From Centroscyllium fabricii (Eukaryota), in assembly GCA_051313645.2 (NCBI GenBank), contig JBNRSN020000005.1:179924001-179988000 (forward strand): DNA of 64,000 bases, given 5' to 3'. Each line of letters begins with the position of its first letter. The stretch's first letter is position 1. Positions 35,201 to 48,429 of this stretch are shown here, piece after piece. The position numbers and the translations under genes are program-made. A model generated the notes under the pieces. It did no database searches. It had not been told where the DNA came from and was given only the letters and a program-made list of their open reading frames with translations.

Positions 35201-38200
35201 CTACATGTCTTCCCATCGGACCAGGCAATTGCAATGGCTCAGTCATCACTTAATACCAGAATCTCCGGCTTTTGTATTATTGACATGACACTTAATGGCC
35301 GCATGTATCCCTCCACTCGGCTCTCAGTGCTCAAGGACTTATGTAGTGATCTTATCCTAGGGCTAGATTTTCAAAAACAACATAAAAAAACTCATCATTG
35401 AGTTCGGCGGATCCAAACCTGGACTTACTATTTCTAATATACTGTCTAAATCACCATTTTGTGCACTGTCAGCAGCCTCACTTGATGAACCCTCATTATT
35501 CGCCAGTATTCCTCCTCAATGCAAACCAATAATAACCAAATCTCGACGCTTCAGTCAGGAAGATCAGTCTTTCATTGAGACAGAAATCTCTCGTCTTTTA
35601 GCAGAGGACATCATCAAACCATGTTCATCGCCCTGGCGGGCTCAAATCGTCATTGTTAAGAACCCTCTAAAACCTCACAAATAACGACTATGCATTGATT
35701 ACTCTCAAACCGTCAATCAATATACTGACCTGGACGCCTACCCATTGCCACACATTGATGACATGGTTAATAAACTGGCTGAATACAAAGTGTTCTCAAC
35801 CTATGATTTAAAGAGTGCCTATCATCAGGTACCCCTACGGGTCTCAGATAAGAAGTACACAGCCTTTGAGGCTAATGGACGGCTGTATCAATTTCGTCGC
35901 CTCCCATTCGGGGTCACTAATGGAGTGGCTGTCTTCCAATGGGCAATGGATGGCCTCGTTGAGCAGGAAAACTTAAGGGATACTTTTCCCTAACTTGATA
36001 GCATTACTGTTGCAGGCCACGACCAGCAGGAACATGATGCCAACCTCCAAAGATTTCGGGATGCTCTCCATCACCGTAACTTAACTTTAAATTAATTCAA
36101 ATCTGTGGAGTCGCAATCGACCATCAACATTCTTGGCTACTGTGTCGGCAATGGTATCATTAAACCAGACCCGGAAAGACTTCGCCTGCTCCAGGAGCTC
36201 CCTCCACCTAACAATCCGACTTCTTTACGTCGGGCCCTCGGTCTGTTTGCATACTACGCTAAATGGATTCCGAATTTTTCAGATAAAATTCAGCCCTTGC
36301 TGAATGCTAGAACATTTCCATTGGGAACAGTGGCTGTTGCAGCCTTTAACCTTCTCAAGAAACAGTTGGAGAAAGCGACTCTTCACTCCATCAATGAGGA
36401 CCTCCCTTTCGTAGTCGAAAGTGATGCCTCGGAGGTGGCGATCTCAGCTACTCTAAATCAAGAAGGCCGTCCTGTAGCATTCATGTCCAGGACCTTACAA
36501 GGTGCCGAGATACATTATTCTCCAGTTGAGAAGGAAGCCACAGCCATCATAGAGGCAGTACGGAAGTGGAACCATTTCCCAGCTCGCCGGCACTTTACAT
36601 TAATCACGGACCAGCGATCAGTCGCCTTCATGCTCGATAATCGAAAGCGAACTAAAATTAAGAACAATAAAATACAGCTTTGGAGGATGGAATTGGCCTC
36701 TTTTGGTTTCATCATTCACTATCGACCTGGCAAAGAGAATGTGGCCCCGGATACCCTCACACGAGCATTCTGCTCTGCTATGTCATCTTCTACTCTCATA
36801 GACATCCATGATGGATTGTGTCATCCTGGCGTGACTCGCATGTTACATTTCATGCGATCACAGAATCTCCCATTTTCTACTGGAGATATAAAGAAAATGT
36901 GCTCCGAATGCCGAACTTGTGCAGAATTGAAACCTCAGTTCTTCCGCCCCCAGATGGTGCGCTCATACACGCAACCCAACTGATGCAACGACTTAGCATC
37001 GACTTCAAGGGCCCATTGCCCTCTTCAACACGGAACACATATCTGCTCAGAATGATCGATGAATATTCACTATTTCCGTTTGCCTTCCCCTTCTCCAATA
37101 TGCTGGCATCCACTGTAATCAACTGCCTTGAGCAAGTATTTTCTCTTTGTGGCATGGCAGCATACATTCACTCAGATCGGGGTCCATCCTTTATGTCAAG
37201 CGAACTGAAGGACTACCTCTCAGAATGGGGAATTGCGACAAGCAAAACGACGCCATACCATCCCATCGGGAATGGATAGGTAGAGAGATATAACGGAATC
37301 ATCTGGAATTCCATACGGCTTGCTTTAAAATCTCAGAGCCTACCAATCCAGCAATGGGAAGCAGTGCTTCCGGATGCATTACACTCTATACGGTCCCTTC
37401 TGTCTACAGCCACAAATACTACACCTCATGAACGGTTCTTTGGATTCCAGCGTCGCTCATCTTATGGGGCATCTCTTCCATCATGGCTAACTACTCCGGG
37501 ACCCATACTGCTCCGAAGATACGTTCGGACATCTAAAAATGACCCTCTCGTAGATGAGGTCGAACTAACTGATGCCAACCCTACCTATGCCTACATACGA
37601 TATCCCAACAGTCGAGAGTCTACCGTATCATTGCGGGACCTGGCACCCTGCCCACCAGGACCTAGAGGGACGCCAAGGGATAATATCCTACCAGGGGCCT
37701 CCAGGGACCCACCGGGTACCACTCTCCAGGACCCGGATCTGACACCAACTGGCTTTGTGCCGGTCAAATCGCACACTCAAGGTTACGACCCGCCAAGTAC
37801 CTCTTTCCAGGACACTGACCAGACACCAACCGACTCTGAGCCCGTGGGGGCTCGTACGCGGAGGCATGATCCTCCCGGTGCCTCACACCAAAGTGCCAAT
37901 TGGCCGCAGACCAGCTCTGTGCCTTCCCCTGACCAGGGACAAACCAGCTCTGCACCTATTGGAGCTCGTACGCGGAGCCATGATCTCCCCGGCCCTTCAC
38001 AGGGTAATCCAGGCCACGCAGGTTCTGACCCGTGGCCAACAGCAGGTAAACGGCCCAGAGACCCAGACATTGTCCATAGGGATGGACCATCAACCCAGCA
38101 ACGAGAACTCAAATGGGTGCGTCTCCTCCTTGTTCGGCTACTCCGGAATAAAAAGAAGATTCCCGCCTTTTAATTTTTCAGGAGGGAAGAATGTGGTAAT

Positions 38201-39065
38201 ATTGAACAGACTTCCGGGGGAAGGCTAAGGGGTGAACTCTGTACATGTCACTTCCTGTTTTGTATTAGTATAAATACTGGAACTGCTCAGTAGGGGGAAC
38301 GCTTCACCTGGAAGCATGGTAAAACCCGTCTTTGTACATAGTGATAATGTAGTGGATTAAAGCTTTGCTTTAAATTATTGATGTATCAGACTCCATTATT
38401 ACATCAGACCCCATGTTCCCCGACATCTCTGGAAGGTTGTTTGTGTCCTCCTTTGTAATTGGTCTGCCATTTCTTTGTTCCCATTATAAATTCCTCTGAT
38501 TCTGATTGCAAGGGACCTACGCTTGACTTCACCAATCTTTTTCTCTTCACATATCTACAGAAGCTTTTACAGTCAGTTTTTATGTTCCCTGAAAGCTTAC
38601 TCTCAACTTACTCTCATACTCTATTTTCCCCTTCTTAATTAATCCCTGTGTCCTCCTTTGTTGAATACTAAACTGCTCCCAAACCTCAGGTTTACTGCTT
38701 TTTCTGGCCAATTTATATGTCCTCTCCTTGGATCTTATGCTATCTCTAATTTCTCCTGTTAGCCACGGTTGAGTCACCTTTTTTGTTTTATTTTTATGCC
38801 AAACTGGGATGAACAAATTCTGTAGTTCATCCATGCGATCTTTGAATGTTTGTCATTGCCTATCCACCGTCAACCCTTTGAGTGACATTCCCCAATCAAT
38901 CCTACCCAACTCGTGCCTCATACCACTGTAGTTTCCTTTATTTGAATTCTGGACCTTAGTCTCAGTCAACTCCTTCACTCTCCATCTTAATGAAGAATTT
39001 GATCATATTATGATCGCTCTGACCCAAGGGGCCTCGCACAACAAGATTGCTATTTAATCCTCTCT
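32210..39065 (-). mobile_element. CR1 LINE ORF2 (32210-33833 + 38412-39065), interrupted by a Gypsy element
   Basis: DKSPGPDNLHPRVLKE, YLDFQKAFDKVPH, WQMQYNVDKC, TRGHSL; sequence continues across the GACCC TSD. Confidence 0.88.
33839..38406 (+). mobile_element. Full-length decayed Gypsy LTR retrotransposon without a tRNA PBS
   Basis: TG...CA LTRs at 33839-34048 and 38192-38406; GACCC TSD at 33834-33838 and 38407-38411; PPT AGGAGGGAAGAA; Gag with two CCHC knuckles, DSGS protease, RT, RNase H (ESDAS), integrase (DFKGP, SDRG); several stops and frameshifts. Confidence 0.95.
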
Positions 39066-39069
39066 CATT

Positions 39070-41444
39070 ACATGATGGTGAGGCACTGGGCATGAATGGC
39101 CTGTAGCAAGGCCAGCGGAAAGGGCAGCTCTGGGGACAGCTCCTTGGAGGGCTTGTTCACGCGTGAGTTCTGCTGCACATGACTCGGATGAGAATCTTGA
39201 TGGGGTGGCTTTCACAAGAAGGGTGATGGTCATGCACACCAAATTGAGGGGTGCAATGGCAAACCTGCCAAAGAGCATCTTGGCAATGTTAAGGAGCGTG
39301 GAGGAGTCTGCCTCTGACATTGCACGGGGCTCTGCACAGAGCATGGATCCCAAGATTCACAGCCTGGAAATGATGTCATCCAAACTCAAAGCTGTCATGC
39401 AGTCTCAGTTGGAAGCCACCCAAGCTCTGACTGGTGCCATCGCGGCTGAGGTTATCACTGTTGACCGGGGCTTGTAGGGTGTTGCAGCAGGCCAGCAATC
39501 TGTGCTGGCTTCTCTCACGATGACAGTATTCATGTTCCTACCTCTACCACTCCGCCATTGCCCTCGCCCCTTTGTCAGCCAGCCAGCTCACTCTGCTGCC
39601 GCTCATGCCGAGGTGGTGCAGTCTACAGCCGGACGTTCTAGGGCCAGAGCTGCTCGAGGTCATCCTGCAAGGCCACCTGAAGTCTCCTGCATGGAAACTC
39701 AGCAGCCTTCTACCAGCCATGCTGCAGCCACTGGGGGAGCGCTTCGTAGGAGCACTGGATTAAGAATGACAGGCACTACGGGATTGCTCAAGGATGATAA
39801 GATAATATTTTTCATGTAAATATGTGTGAATTGATTTGTGATAAATGTATCAATTTTGTTTGGAATCTTTTGTGGTGTCTCTCGTTTCAGCTTTGTGCCC
39901 AGGAAGATGCTGTGATATTCCATGAGACAGGGATAGAATTCAAGAATGACGGGGATGTGGTGTGCAACGGGGATCTGCGGTTTCATTAATGGAATCAGAG
40001 TCTGATCAGCCATTCACGGGTAGCCCGTCCAAAAGGACGATTGGCTGCCTACCTCGTTCCTCCCTCTGAGGTGGTGGTGCAATTCCTGGTGGCAAGAGCT
40101 GCGTCCTCATGATGGCCAAGTTGTGAAGCATGCAGCAGACCACCACAAAATTGACACTCGCTCCGCCGAGTACTGGAGGGCTCCTCCCGAGCAGTCAAGA
40201 CAGCGGAATGTTGCTTCAGTAGCCCGATGGTCTGCTAGATGATGTCCCTGGCGGAAGCATAGTTTTCATTATATGAGTGCTGGGCACGAGTGGTGTGGTT
40301 GCGGAGGGGAGTCATGAGCCAGATGGAGAGAGGATAGCCCTTGTCTCCGAGCAGCCACCCTCTAGTTTGCTGGGGTGTCTGGAAGATTGCTGGCACACCG
40401 GACTGACGCAAGGTGAAGACATCATGGCTGCTGCCAGGATAGCGGGCATTGACCATCAGGAAGTGCTGGGTATGGTCACACAACAACTGCACATTACGTG
40501 AGTGGTAGCCTTTGCGGTTGCGGAAGATCTCAGAATTGTTATACGCGCCCGCAAAGCCACGTGGGTGTAGTCGATGGTGCTGTGCACCATGGGAAAGCCC
40601 GTTATCCTGGAAAAGCGGGCATTGACATGCCTCCTGCTGCAGACTTGAAGGATCCACCGGCGAAGAAATTGAGGGCCATGATGATCTTGACTGCCACTGG
40701 GAGAGCTGTGGTTGCCCTGCTCTCAGGCTGCAGGTCTGGTTGCAGGAGGTAGCAGAGTTCTGTGCCTACCTCCTTGGTGAAGCAAAGCCTCCTAATACAC
40801 GCTCTTCCCCGCTTAAGTGGACGTAGAAGAAGTGCTCTCGAAAGACCCTAGGTGGGTAAGGCGTCCTGTTGAGAGCCCTCATGGCCCTCCTCCTCCCTCT
40901 GCGCTCATGTTCCCATCTTCCTTGTGGCCTCTACTGAAGCTCCTGGAGAGCGAAGTTGACTGCCAGTACAGTCCCCATGACTGTGAGCATAAGCCTTAAA
41001 AAAAAATGAAGGCGTTCTGCTCTTGCAACAACACTCCCAGTTACCTTAGAATCTTGAAAGAAGTTAATAAAGCTGCTGGAGTTGCAGAAAGTAGCACACA
41101 GCCAGTCAAACTGCATAACCATGTCAGGTGTGCCCATTAAATACTGCTGCTGGAGCCTCCTTCTTGCTTTTGAAAGCTTGCTCTGCTTGTTAAGGCATCT
41201 CAGTTGAACGGCGAAATCCAATGCTGCAAATCGGGCATCAAGTGAGCTTTGCACACTCACTGACATCACAATCTCATTAATTTCAATCTCTTCAGTGATC
41301 GCTTTTATTAGCAGCGCTGCCAGCCCTCGCAAAATGGTGGCCACCACGGGACCCGCCACCAGCTGGCGGAATTGCAGTGGCCGCCGTTTCTTCACCATAT
41401 CATGGCTGTAACCGGTGGCGTTAAACACCCACAGTTTTAGTCCC
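39070..41444 (-). mobile_element. Degenerate Harbinger element (transposase relic on minus, probable partner-gene relic on plus)
   Basis: FRNRKGYHS.NVQL.CD...NARYPGSSHD...WLLGDKGYPL..WLMTP in ORF 40235-40657. Confidence 0.8.
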
Positions 41445-41736
41445 TGGTCTCTTTCCTAGTAAAATGTTCAAGGATTGCAAATCGAATAATTACTGGCAGA
41501 ACTACCACAGCTCCCAGTTAGCACAAGCACACTATGATCCTGAAGGTCACTTTTCTGATATGGAGATTGAAGCGCTTTGTTTGGAATATAAAAGGGCGTC
41601 CGACTCCATATTCATGTTGCACCAGACCTGAAATTGATTGAAGTGGTCACTGAGTGGAAAGGGGTGACCATCTCCACCATTCTTCAGTATAGTTATACTC
41701 AACTATATAAATGCAAGTCTTTCATTTCTTTACTAA

Positions 41737-42113
41737 GAACATAACATAAGAAATAGGAGCTGGAATAGGCCATTTGGCCCCTTGAGTCTGCTCCGCCATT
41801 CAACAAGTTCATGGCTGATCTTCTACCTTACCTCCAGCTTCCGCACTATCCCCATATCCCTTAATTCCCTTTGTTCCCCAAAATTTATCGACCTCGATCT
41901 TGAATATACTCAATGGCTGAGCATCCACAGCTCTCTGGGGTAGAGAATTCCAAAGATTCACAACCCTTTGAGTGAAGAAATTACTTCTCATCTCAGTCCT
42001 AAATGGCCTACCCCTTATTCTGAGACTGTGACCCCGTGTTATAGATTCCCCAGCCAGGGGAAACATTTCCCCAGCATTAACTCTGTCAAGCGCCTTAAGA
42101 ATCTTGTATGTTT
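41737..42113 (-). mobile_element. CR1 LINE 3' fragment
   Basis: ETYKIL...TRGHSLRIRG...FFTQRVVNLWNSLP. Confidence 0.85.
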
Positions 42114-42201
42114 CAGATAAATACATCAAAATGTTTACAATTAACAGTTTAAACAGTCAACATTATGCTTTCAACATAACCCAAATTGATCAAATACTCA
42201 C

Positions 42202-42328
42202 CGAGTCTCTGCGACACTGATTATAAATAATTAAGTTGGCTAAAATGCTGTGCTGCAGATCAAGGCTTTGGACAAGGCTTTCAATCCCTTTAGTGTCACT
42301 GTATGTTGCAAGTCGTACCACAAAGGAT
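42202..42328 (-). CDS. CFAP61: CFAP61 coding exon (127 nt): (K)SFVVRLATYSDTKGIESLVQSLDLQHSILANLIIYNQCRRDS
   Basis: TTTTCTCCCCAG acceptor, TCG|GTGAGT donor, phase 2/0, consistent with neighbouring exons. Confidence 0.88.
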
Positions 42329-43153
42329 CTGGGGAGAAAACAGTTTAAAATCTATAAGGGTTTGATTAAGATGCAAAAACCTGTAAAAGGAAAGACAAAC
42401 ATATTACCGCAACAGTATAAGACCTGCCTTGTATTTATGAATTGAAGCAATGTAAATATCTAAATTATTAATGTAATATTGCTCTTCTGGTAGAACAATG
42501 AACTGTTTGAGTCCTGATACAGTTGCCTCCTCTTCCACCTAAGTCCTTAATGTTTTACTTCTCTCCTACACAAGCCAAAGGGCACGTTTGAGATGTGGCA
42601 CATATAATATAATGAAGGATAGTCAACATGGATTGCAAAAGGGAAGGTTTTTCCAACCTTATTGAATTATTTGAAGTAACAGAAAGTGTAGATATGGGTA
42701 ATATAGTAGATATAAGGTACTTGAATTTTCAAAAGGCCTTCCAGAAGATGCCACATACTAGACTCTAAACTATGGTCAGAGCATGTGGAGTTAAGTGACA
42801 AGTAGCAGAATGGATAGCAAACTGGCTACAAACAGAGAATAGGGGTTAAAGGTATTTACTCAAACTGGTGGAAGGTGGGAAGTGGTGTTCCACAGAGATT
42901 GGTGTTGGGATCACTGCTGTTCACCATTTACAGAAACGATCTGGATTCAGGTATCAGAAATGCAATTTCAAAATTTGTAGATGATACCAAATTAGGGGGT
43001 ACAGTTAATACTGAAGAAAACTGCAACAAAATACAAGACGTTAATAAACTTGCAGAATGGGCGTGTAAATGGTAAATACATTTCAATATAGGTAAGTGAG
43101 GTGGTGCATTGTGGTAGGAGGAATAAGGAGGCCACATACACCTTGGAAAATAA

Positions 43154-44045
43154 GGACGCAAAATTCGTGAGTGCACGATTTGGGGCACTAAAACGGGCGC
43201 AGCGCTAAAATTAGTGCCGGAGCACCCGATATTCACTTCTGTGCCGGCCTTGCTGATTGCGGCGCTAATTCTAGCGTTGCACGACTGCAAACGCCCAATA
43301 TCGTGGCGCTAATTGCCGATCGCGGGCGCAGCGCTCCTTCATCAACTCCTTGCTTTCCCATGAACTCTGGATCCGGACAGGTCTTAAAGGGGGTACCCCT
43401 CCCTCATCTCCCCGATCTCTGCCAATGCCCCTCATCATCTCCCCGATCTCGCCCAACTCCCTTCAGCATCTGCCCGATCTCGGGCCGCCCGACCCCCCTC
43501 AGCAACTGGCCGATCTCGGGCCGCCCGACCTCCCCGCAGCAACTGGCCGATCTCGGGCTGACCCCCCCCTCCCGCAGCAACTGGCCGATCTCGGGCTGAC
43601 CCCCCTCCCGCAGCAACTGGCCGATCTCGGGCTGACCCCCCCCTCCCGCAGCAACTGCCGGATCTCGAGCTGACCCCCGTCCCGCAGCAACTGGCCGATC
43701 TCGAGCTGACCCCCTGCCCGCAGCAACTGGCCGATCTCGGGCCGAAGAGGCTACCAAGGAAAGGGAGGGTCGCCCTTTTAGCAGCGCTGCAGTGGCCACG
43801 CAGACCCTCAGCAGCACTTGTCAAAGCTGGCGCTGGCAGCGCTGCGCCAGGGGGACTGGCACAAAGGGGAATATCGGGCGCAGTCCGGCGGGCGGGCGTT
43901 GAACCCTGATATGCACGACGATTGCCAATCGCAAATTAGCGCGCGCTAACAGTTAGCGCCGGCGCTAGTCGGGTGGCGAATTTAGCACCCGGCGCTAAAA
44001 CCTGTAGCGCCCATTTTTCGGCGCTAAGGCGGCAATTTCGTGCCC
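43154..44045. mobile_element. Tourist/Harbinger-type MITE
   Basis: TAA TSD at 43151-43153 and 44046-44048; imperfect TIR GGACGCAAAATT / AATTTCGTGCCC; CpG-rich. Confidence 0.8.
43470..43742. repeat. About 35-38-bp minisatellite, about 7 copies
   Basis: CCCGCAGCAACTGGCCGATCTCGGGCTGACCCCC(C)n units. Confidence 0.9.
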
Positions 44046-44090
44046 TAAGAGTCTAAATGGGGTAGAGGAGCAAAGGGATCTGGAGATACA

Positions 44091-45273
44091 GGCCCCAATA
44101 TTTACAAGGAGGCTGGATAGGCCGAAAAACCTGATAAGGCTGGGAACATGGATATCTTGCCAAACTTAATGGCAGGGCCTCATTATCATTTTTTATTCCG
44201 TTTCCTGTCTGGCAGCAGGCTAAATTAACAGCCTGGCTGGCGGCCAGGAGGGAGGGAAAACCAGAGGCAGGAGGCTGCAGCTTTTGACCCTTGGGAGGGA
44301 GGAAGGTCAACGATTGTGGCAGGGTGGAGAGAGAGGCCATCAGAGAAGAGGGAAGAGAGAGGAGATCTCAGCAAAGGGAAGAAAGGCGCGTTTGTGGCGG
44401 GGTTGAGAGTCCATCGTGGTAGGGAGAAAGAGAGAGTCCATCGTGGCAGGGAGAAAGAGAGAGTCCACTAAGGCAGGGAGAAGAGAGGAGTCATTGTGGC
44501 AAGGGGAAGAGAGAGGCCATCACTGCAGGGAGAAGAGAGAGGCCATCATAGCGGGGAGAGGAGAGAGACCATCACGGCAGGGGGAGGAGAGAGACCATCA
44601 CGGCGGGGGGAGGAGAGAGGTCATCACGGCGGGGGGAGGAGAGAGGCCATCACGGCGGGGGGGTGAGAGAGGCCATCACGGCGGGGGGGGGGGTGGAGGG
44701 GGTGAGAGAGGTCATCACGGCAGGGGGAGGAGAGAGCTCATCACGGCAGGGGGAGGAGAGAGGCCATCAGGGCGGGGGGAGGAGAGAGGCCATCACGGCG
44801 AGGGGAGGAGAGAGGTCATTGAAGCTGGTGGGAGGTAGAGGCCATCAGTTTTGGAGGGAGAGAGGTTGCGATTGGCAAGTGGTAGGCTGAAGACTTCCTT
44901 GAGGGGCCAGGGGGGAGCACTCCTGCTCATCCTGACTCACAGGGAATGCTGGTAAAGGCACTTACCTTTTGGAGCCAGCAGTTCCCACCTCCCTTTAACT
45001 GCTAGTTTTCCCGACTCCTGGGAAGCATGCGCAGCAGCAGTGAATTTTAAATCAGACTCCCAATTGTACTTGGGAACCCGATTTAAATATGTCAATAAAG
45101 TGTCCTCCTTCTCCATGGCGGGACAGACACATGCCACGATATCCGCTGCAGTAAAAGGGTGGTGGGTGCGTGTATGCTGTGTTGGGGGCACATTCGCCAT
45201 ATTTAAGCATTTTACACCCCCAACACCCTCCTGGCCCTCTCCCACCCATTGTGGGATGGTTAATAATGAGGCC
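44091..45273. mobile_element. MITE with 15-bp TIRs and an internal purine-rich minisatellite (about 26-27-bp unit, 44500-44830)
   Basis: GGCCCCAATATTTAC / GTTAATAATGAGGCC; flanks ACA and ATA; unit GGAGAGAGGCCATCACGGCGGGG. Confidence 0.75.
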
Positions 45274-45341
45274 ATAGATTCACAAATCATTAAAAGTACC
45301 AATGCAGGTTAACAAGGCCATAACAAATGCAAACAAACCAC

Positions 45342-46782
45342 TGCGGTGAAAAACAGACTGTAGGGGGTTGTGCACAGGTACTTTAGGTCAGTCAGCTCGG
45401 TCTGACTGCCTCCTTGAGCGGTTCGAATCGCTCACCCCCTGGGTTCTCGACACAGGACTTAGGTGCAGAAACAGCGATGCAGAGAAGACTCGGTAGACAA
45501 TGGGTTTGATGAAAATGAATACGAAATGTTATTGCCCAAAAGGGAGAAACCAGGATAATAATGATTGACAAGGGAGAAAAACAAACAATCACTGCTAACT
45601 TACACTACTGACATATAAACTGTTTCAAACTTAAACATGAAATGGGGAAACACACGGAACATCGAGGGACAACAACTGATGTTAATTATCCCCTTAATTC
45701 CCACCCCCATCTCTGACTAGATTGTACTATGAGGGGTCAGAAACATGCTCACCAATCCAAGAGTTTTGCTCAGTTCAAAACTGCAGTTGGGTTTGGGGTT
45801 TGTTCCTGGTGCTCTCTCGGGTCTGCTGTCATCACCTGGTCTTCGGGTGCTGCAGGGGTGTTGTCCAGGCTCGAGTACCCCAAGCTAATGCTTACTGCTT
45901 GGGTACCTCACCTTGCAGGGATGTTCTTGCCGAGAGCTCAGCTATGAACTGGATGCACATGGGTGAATCCCGAATTCGACTCGTCCCGTTTCTCCTGGCC
46001 TGCAAAATGTTCATGTCTGCCCAATTTTTATATTTCCTCTTCTTCGACGGCGGCACGGGCAGAGGCCAGGGGGTCAGTGCGGGACTGAGGAGCTAGAAAA
46101 CGAGGTCGATGGACCGGAGACGAGGACGGTTGGACCGAGCCCTACTTAGATGCTCCTTTTGTTATTCTTGAACTATCTTGAGGTTCCCGGTCCGATCTTC
46201 TCGATCGCCTGCTCTGCTGACCGTTGATGCCCGACACCCCGATGGCTACCCCGGGCTCCCAGTTATACTTTACTGGTGGAACCCTATCTCCCGCCAAATC
46301 AGGTTAGTTCTTTGTCTTTTACTTGGTGGGCCCATTTAGCAGCGGGGTAGCGATCTAGTTTAATCGGTTTTGGGATGGCCGGTAATCGCCGCTCCTGGTC
46401 TACAACAACCTTGTATTGTCCTCAATGGGTATCGATGGGCCTACTTGGTCTCGATGGCCCTCTTAATCTGTTTCCCTTTGTATGGGTAAACACTTTGATG
46501 GCCTTTATCTACAGGCCTGACTGCATTTGGATCTGTATCCAATGCATATGCATACATTCCTCTCTGGCTTCGAAATGCCAAAAGTCCTTTTCCACAGCGG
46601 CTGCAGACTGAATCCACAACCTGTCGGCTGGCTGCAGAAACCATTTTAAAATGCCACAGGTTGCCAGTCACGAGGCTCGGTGGCCATTTTGAGTGTCCCT
46701 TTTTCCTTTTGAAAGTTCAAAACAGGGCTTCTTTTATTTAGAATAATCCTTTGGGAAATGTGGAAATTTTGTGAATCTCACA
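45342..46782 (-). mobile_element. Putative long solo LTR (about 1.44 kb)
   Basis: Discrete CpG-containing insert in CR1 bounded by TG...CA (minus strand TGTGAGAT...TTCACCGCA); no clean TSD. Confidence 0.45.
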
Positions 46783-46850
46783 AGAAATTATGTTAAACTT
46801 GTATAGAACCACACTTAGAGTACTGTACACAGTTCTCCATATTACAAAAG

Positions 46851-47667
46851 AACGACTTGCATTTATATAGCACCTTTCACAACCTCAGGACATCCCAAAG
46901 TGCTTTACAACCAATGAAGTACTTTTGAAGTGCAGTCACTGTTGTAACGTAGTAGGAAACGTGGCACCCAATTTGCACACAGCAAGGTCCGACAAACAGC
47001 AATGTGATAATGACCAGATAATCTGATTTTTAATGATGCTGATTGAGGGATAAATATTGGCCATGACACTGTGGATAACTCCCCTGCTCTTCTTCGAAAT
47101 AGTGCTGTGGGATCTTTTACATCCACCTGAGATGGCAGACGGGGTCTCGGTTTAACACGGTGGCGCACTGGTTAGCACTGCTGCCTCGCATTAAGGAGCT
47201 CCTGGGTTCGAATCCTGCTTGACCCGGGACACCTCTCTGCGTGGAGTTTGCATGTTCTCCCCGTGTTCATGTGGGTTTCCTCCGGGTACTCCAGTTTCCT
47301 CTCACCACCCAAAGACATGCAGGTTAGGTGAATTGGAGATACTAAAAAAATTGCACATGAGTATGTGTGTGAGATATAGTTCTTAGAGTTGAGGGTGTCG
47401 GGGATATGGGGAGAGGGTAGGAGGGGGGTGCTGGGTTTGCATGATCAGCCATGATCTCATCAAAATGGCGGAGCAGGCTCGAGGGGCCGAATGGCCTACT
47501 CCTGCTCCTAGTTTCTGTGTTTCTAACATCGAAAGACAGCACATTCGACAATACAGCACTCCCTCAGTCAGCCTAGATTTTTGTGCTCAAGTCTCTCGAG
47601 TGGGACTTGAACCCATAACCTTCTGATTCCTAGGTGAGAGTGCTATCAATTGAGCCATGGATGACAC
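46851..47667 (-). mobile_element. Deu-domain SINE with an HE1-like SINE (47156-47525, plus) inserted
   Basis: Reverse complement of the 28155-28600 family, split by a tRNA-head SINE. Confidence 0.7.
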
Positions 47668-48429
47668 ATAGGATATAGTGGCACTGGAGAAGGTGCAAAA
47701 AAGATTTACAAGGATGATACCAAGACTGAGAGGTTATAACTATCAGGAAAGACTGAACGGGCTGGGGCTCTTTTCTCTAGAAAAGAGAAGCTGAAGGGTG
47801 ACCTAATAGAGGTCTTTAAAATTATGAAGTGGATTAGATGCAGTAGATGTAGAGAAGATGTTTTCATTTGTGGGGCAGTCCAAAACTAGGGGACATATAT
47901 GTAAGATAATCAATAATATATCCAATAAGAAATTCAGAAGAAACTTCTTTATTTAGAGAGTGGTTAGAATGTGGAACTTGCTACCACATGGAGTAGGTGA
48001 GGCGAATAGCATCGATGGTGAATAGCATTTAAGGGGAAGCTAGATAAGGACATGAGGGAGAAAGGAATAGAAGGATAGGTGGACAGGGTGAGAGGAAGTA
48101 GGGTGGGAGGAGGCTCTTGTGGAGCATAAACATTGGCACAAACAAGTTGGAAATATCAGCAGTGATCCCATACTATTTCCAGTGCATGTTTTAATGGTTA
48201 AAAAGATTCATTGTTTGCCCAGAAACATGCTATCCCAAATTAACTCACGCATAAGATCACATTTTCATTCACAGGGAGTGAAGGTTTATCTGCAGAAGTA
48301 AACTTTTGTGTTGGGCATGAGAAAAAGCATATGAAGTGAGTTCAAGTCATAACTACAACTTAAGAAAGTTTTATAAAGTGTGATGCGCTATCAATAACCT
48401 CAAAAGACTTTTTTTTTTCTTTTTTTTAA

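Larger units (their letters stand above)
42605..48145 (+). mobile_element. Old CR1 ORF2 fragment broken by several nested insertions
   Basis: Pieces 42605-43153, 44049-44090, 45277-45340, 46783-46850 and 47668-48145 read in CR1 order (SGVPQ..VLG, KFVDDTKLGG, LAEWACKW, ...). Confidence 0.75.

Noticed and set aside
43470-43742. CRISPR-like array
   Set aside because: Adjacent tandem units without unique spacers, eukaryotic context, no cas genes.
43303-44890. Repetitive ORFs (QQLADLG..., GEERGHH...)
   Set aside because: Translations of minisatellites inside MITEs.
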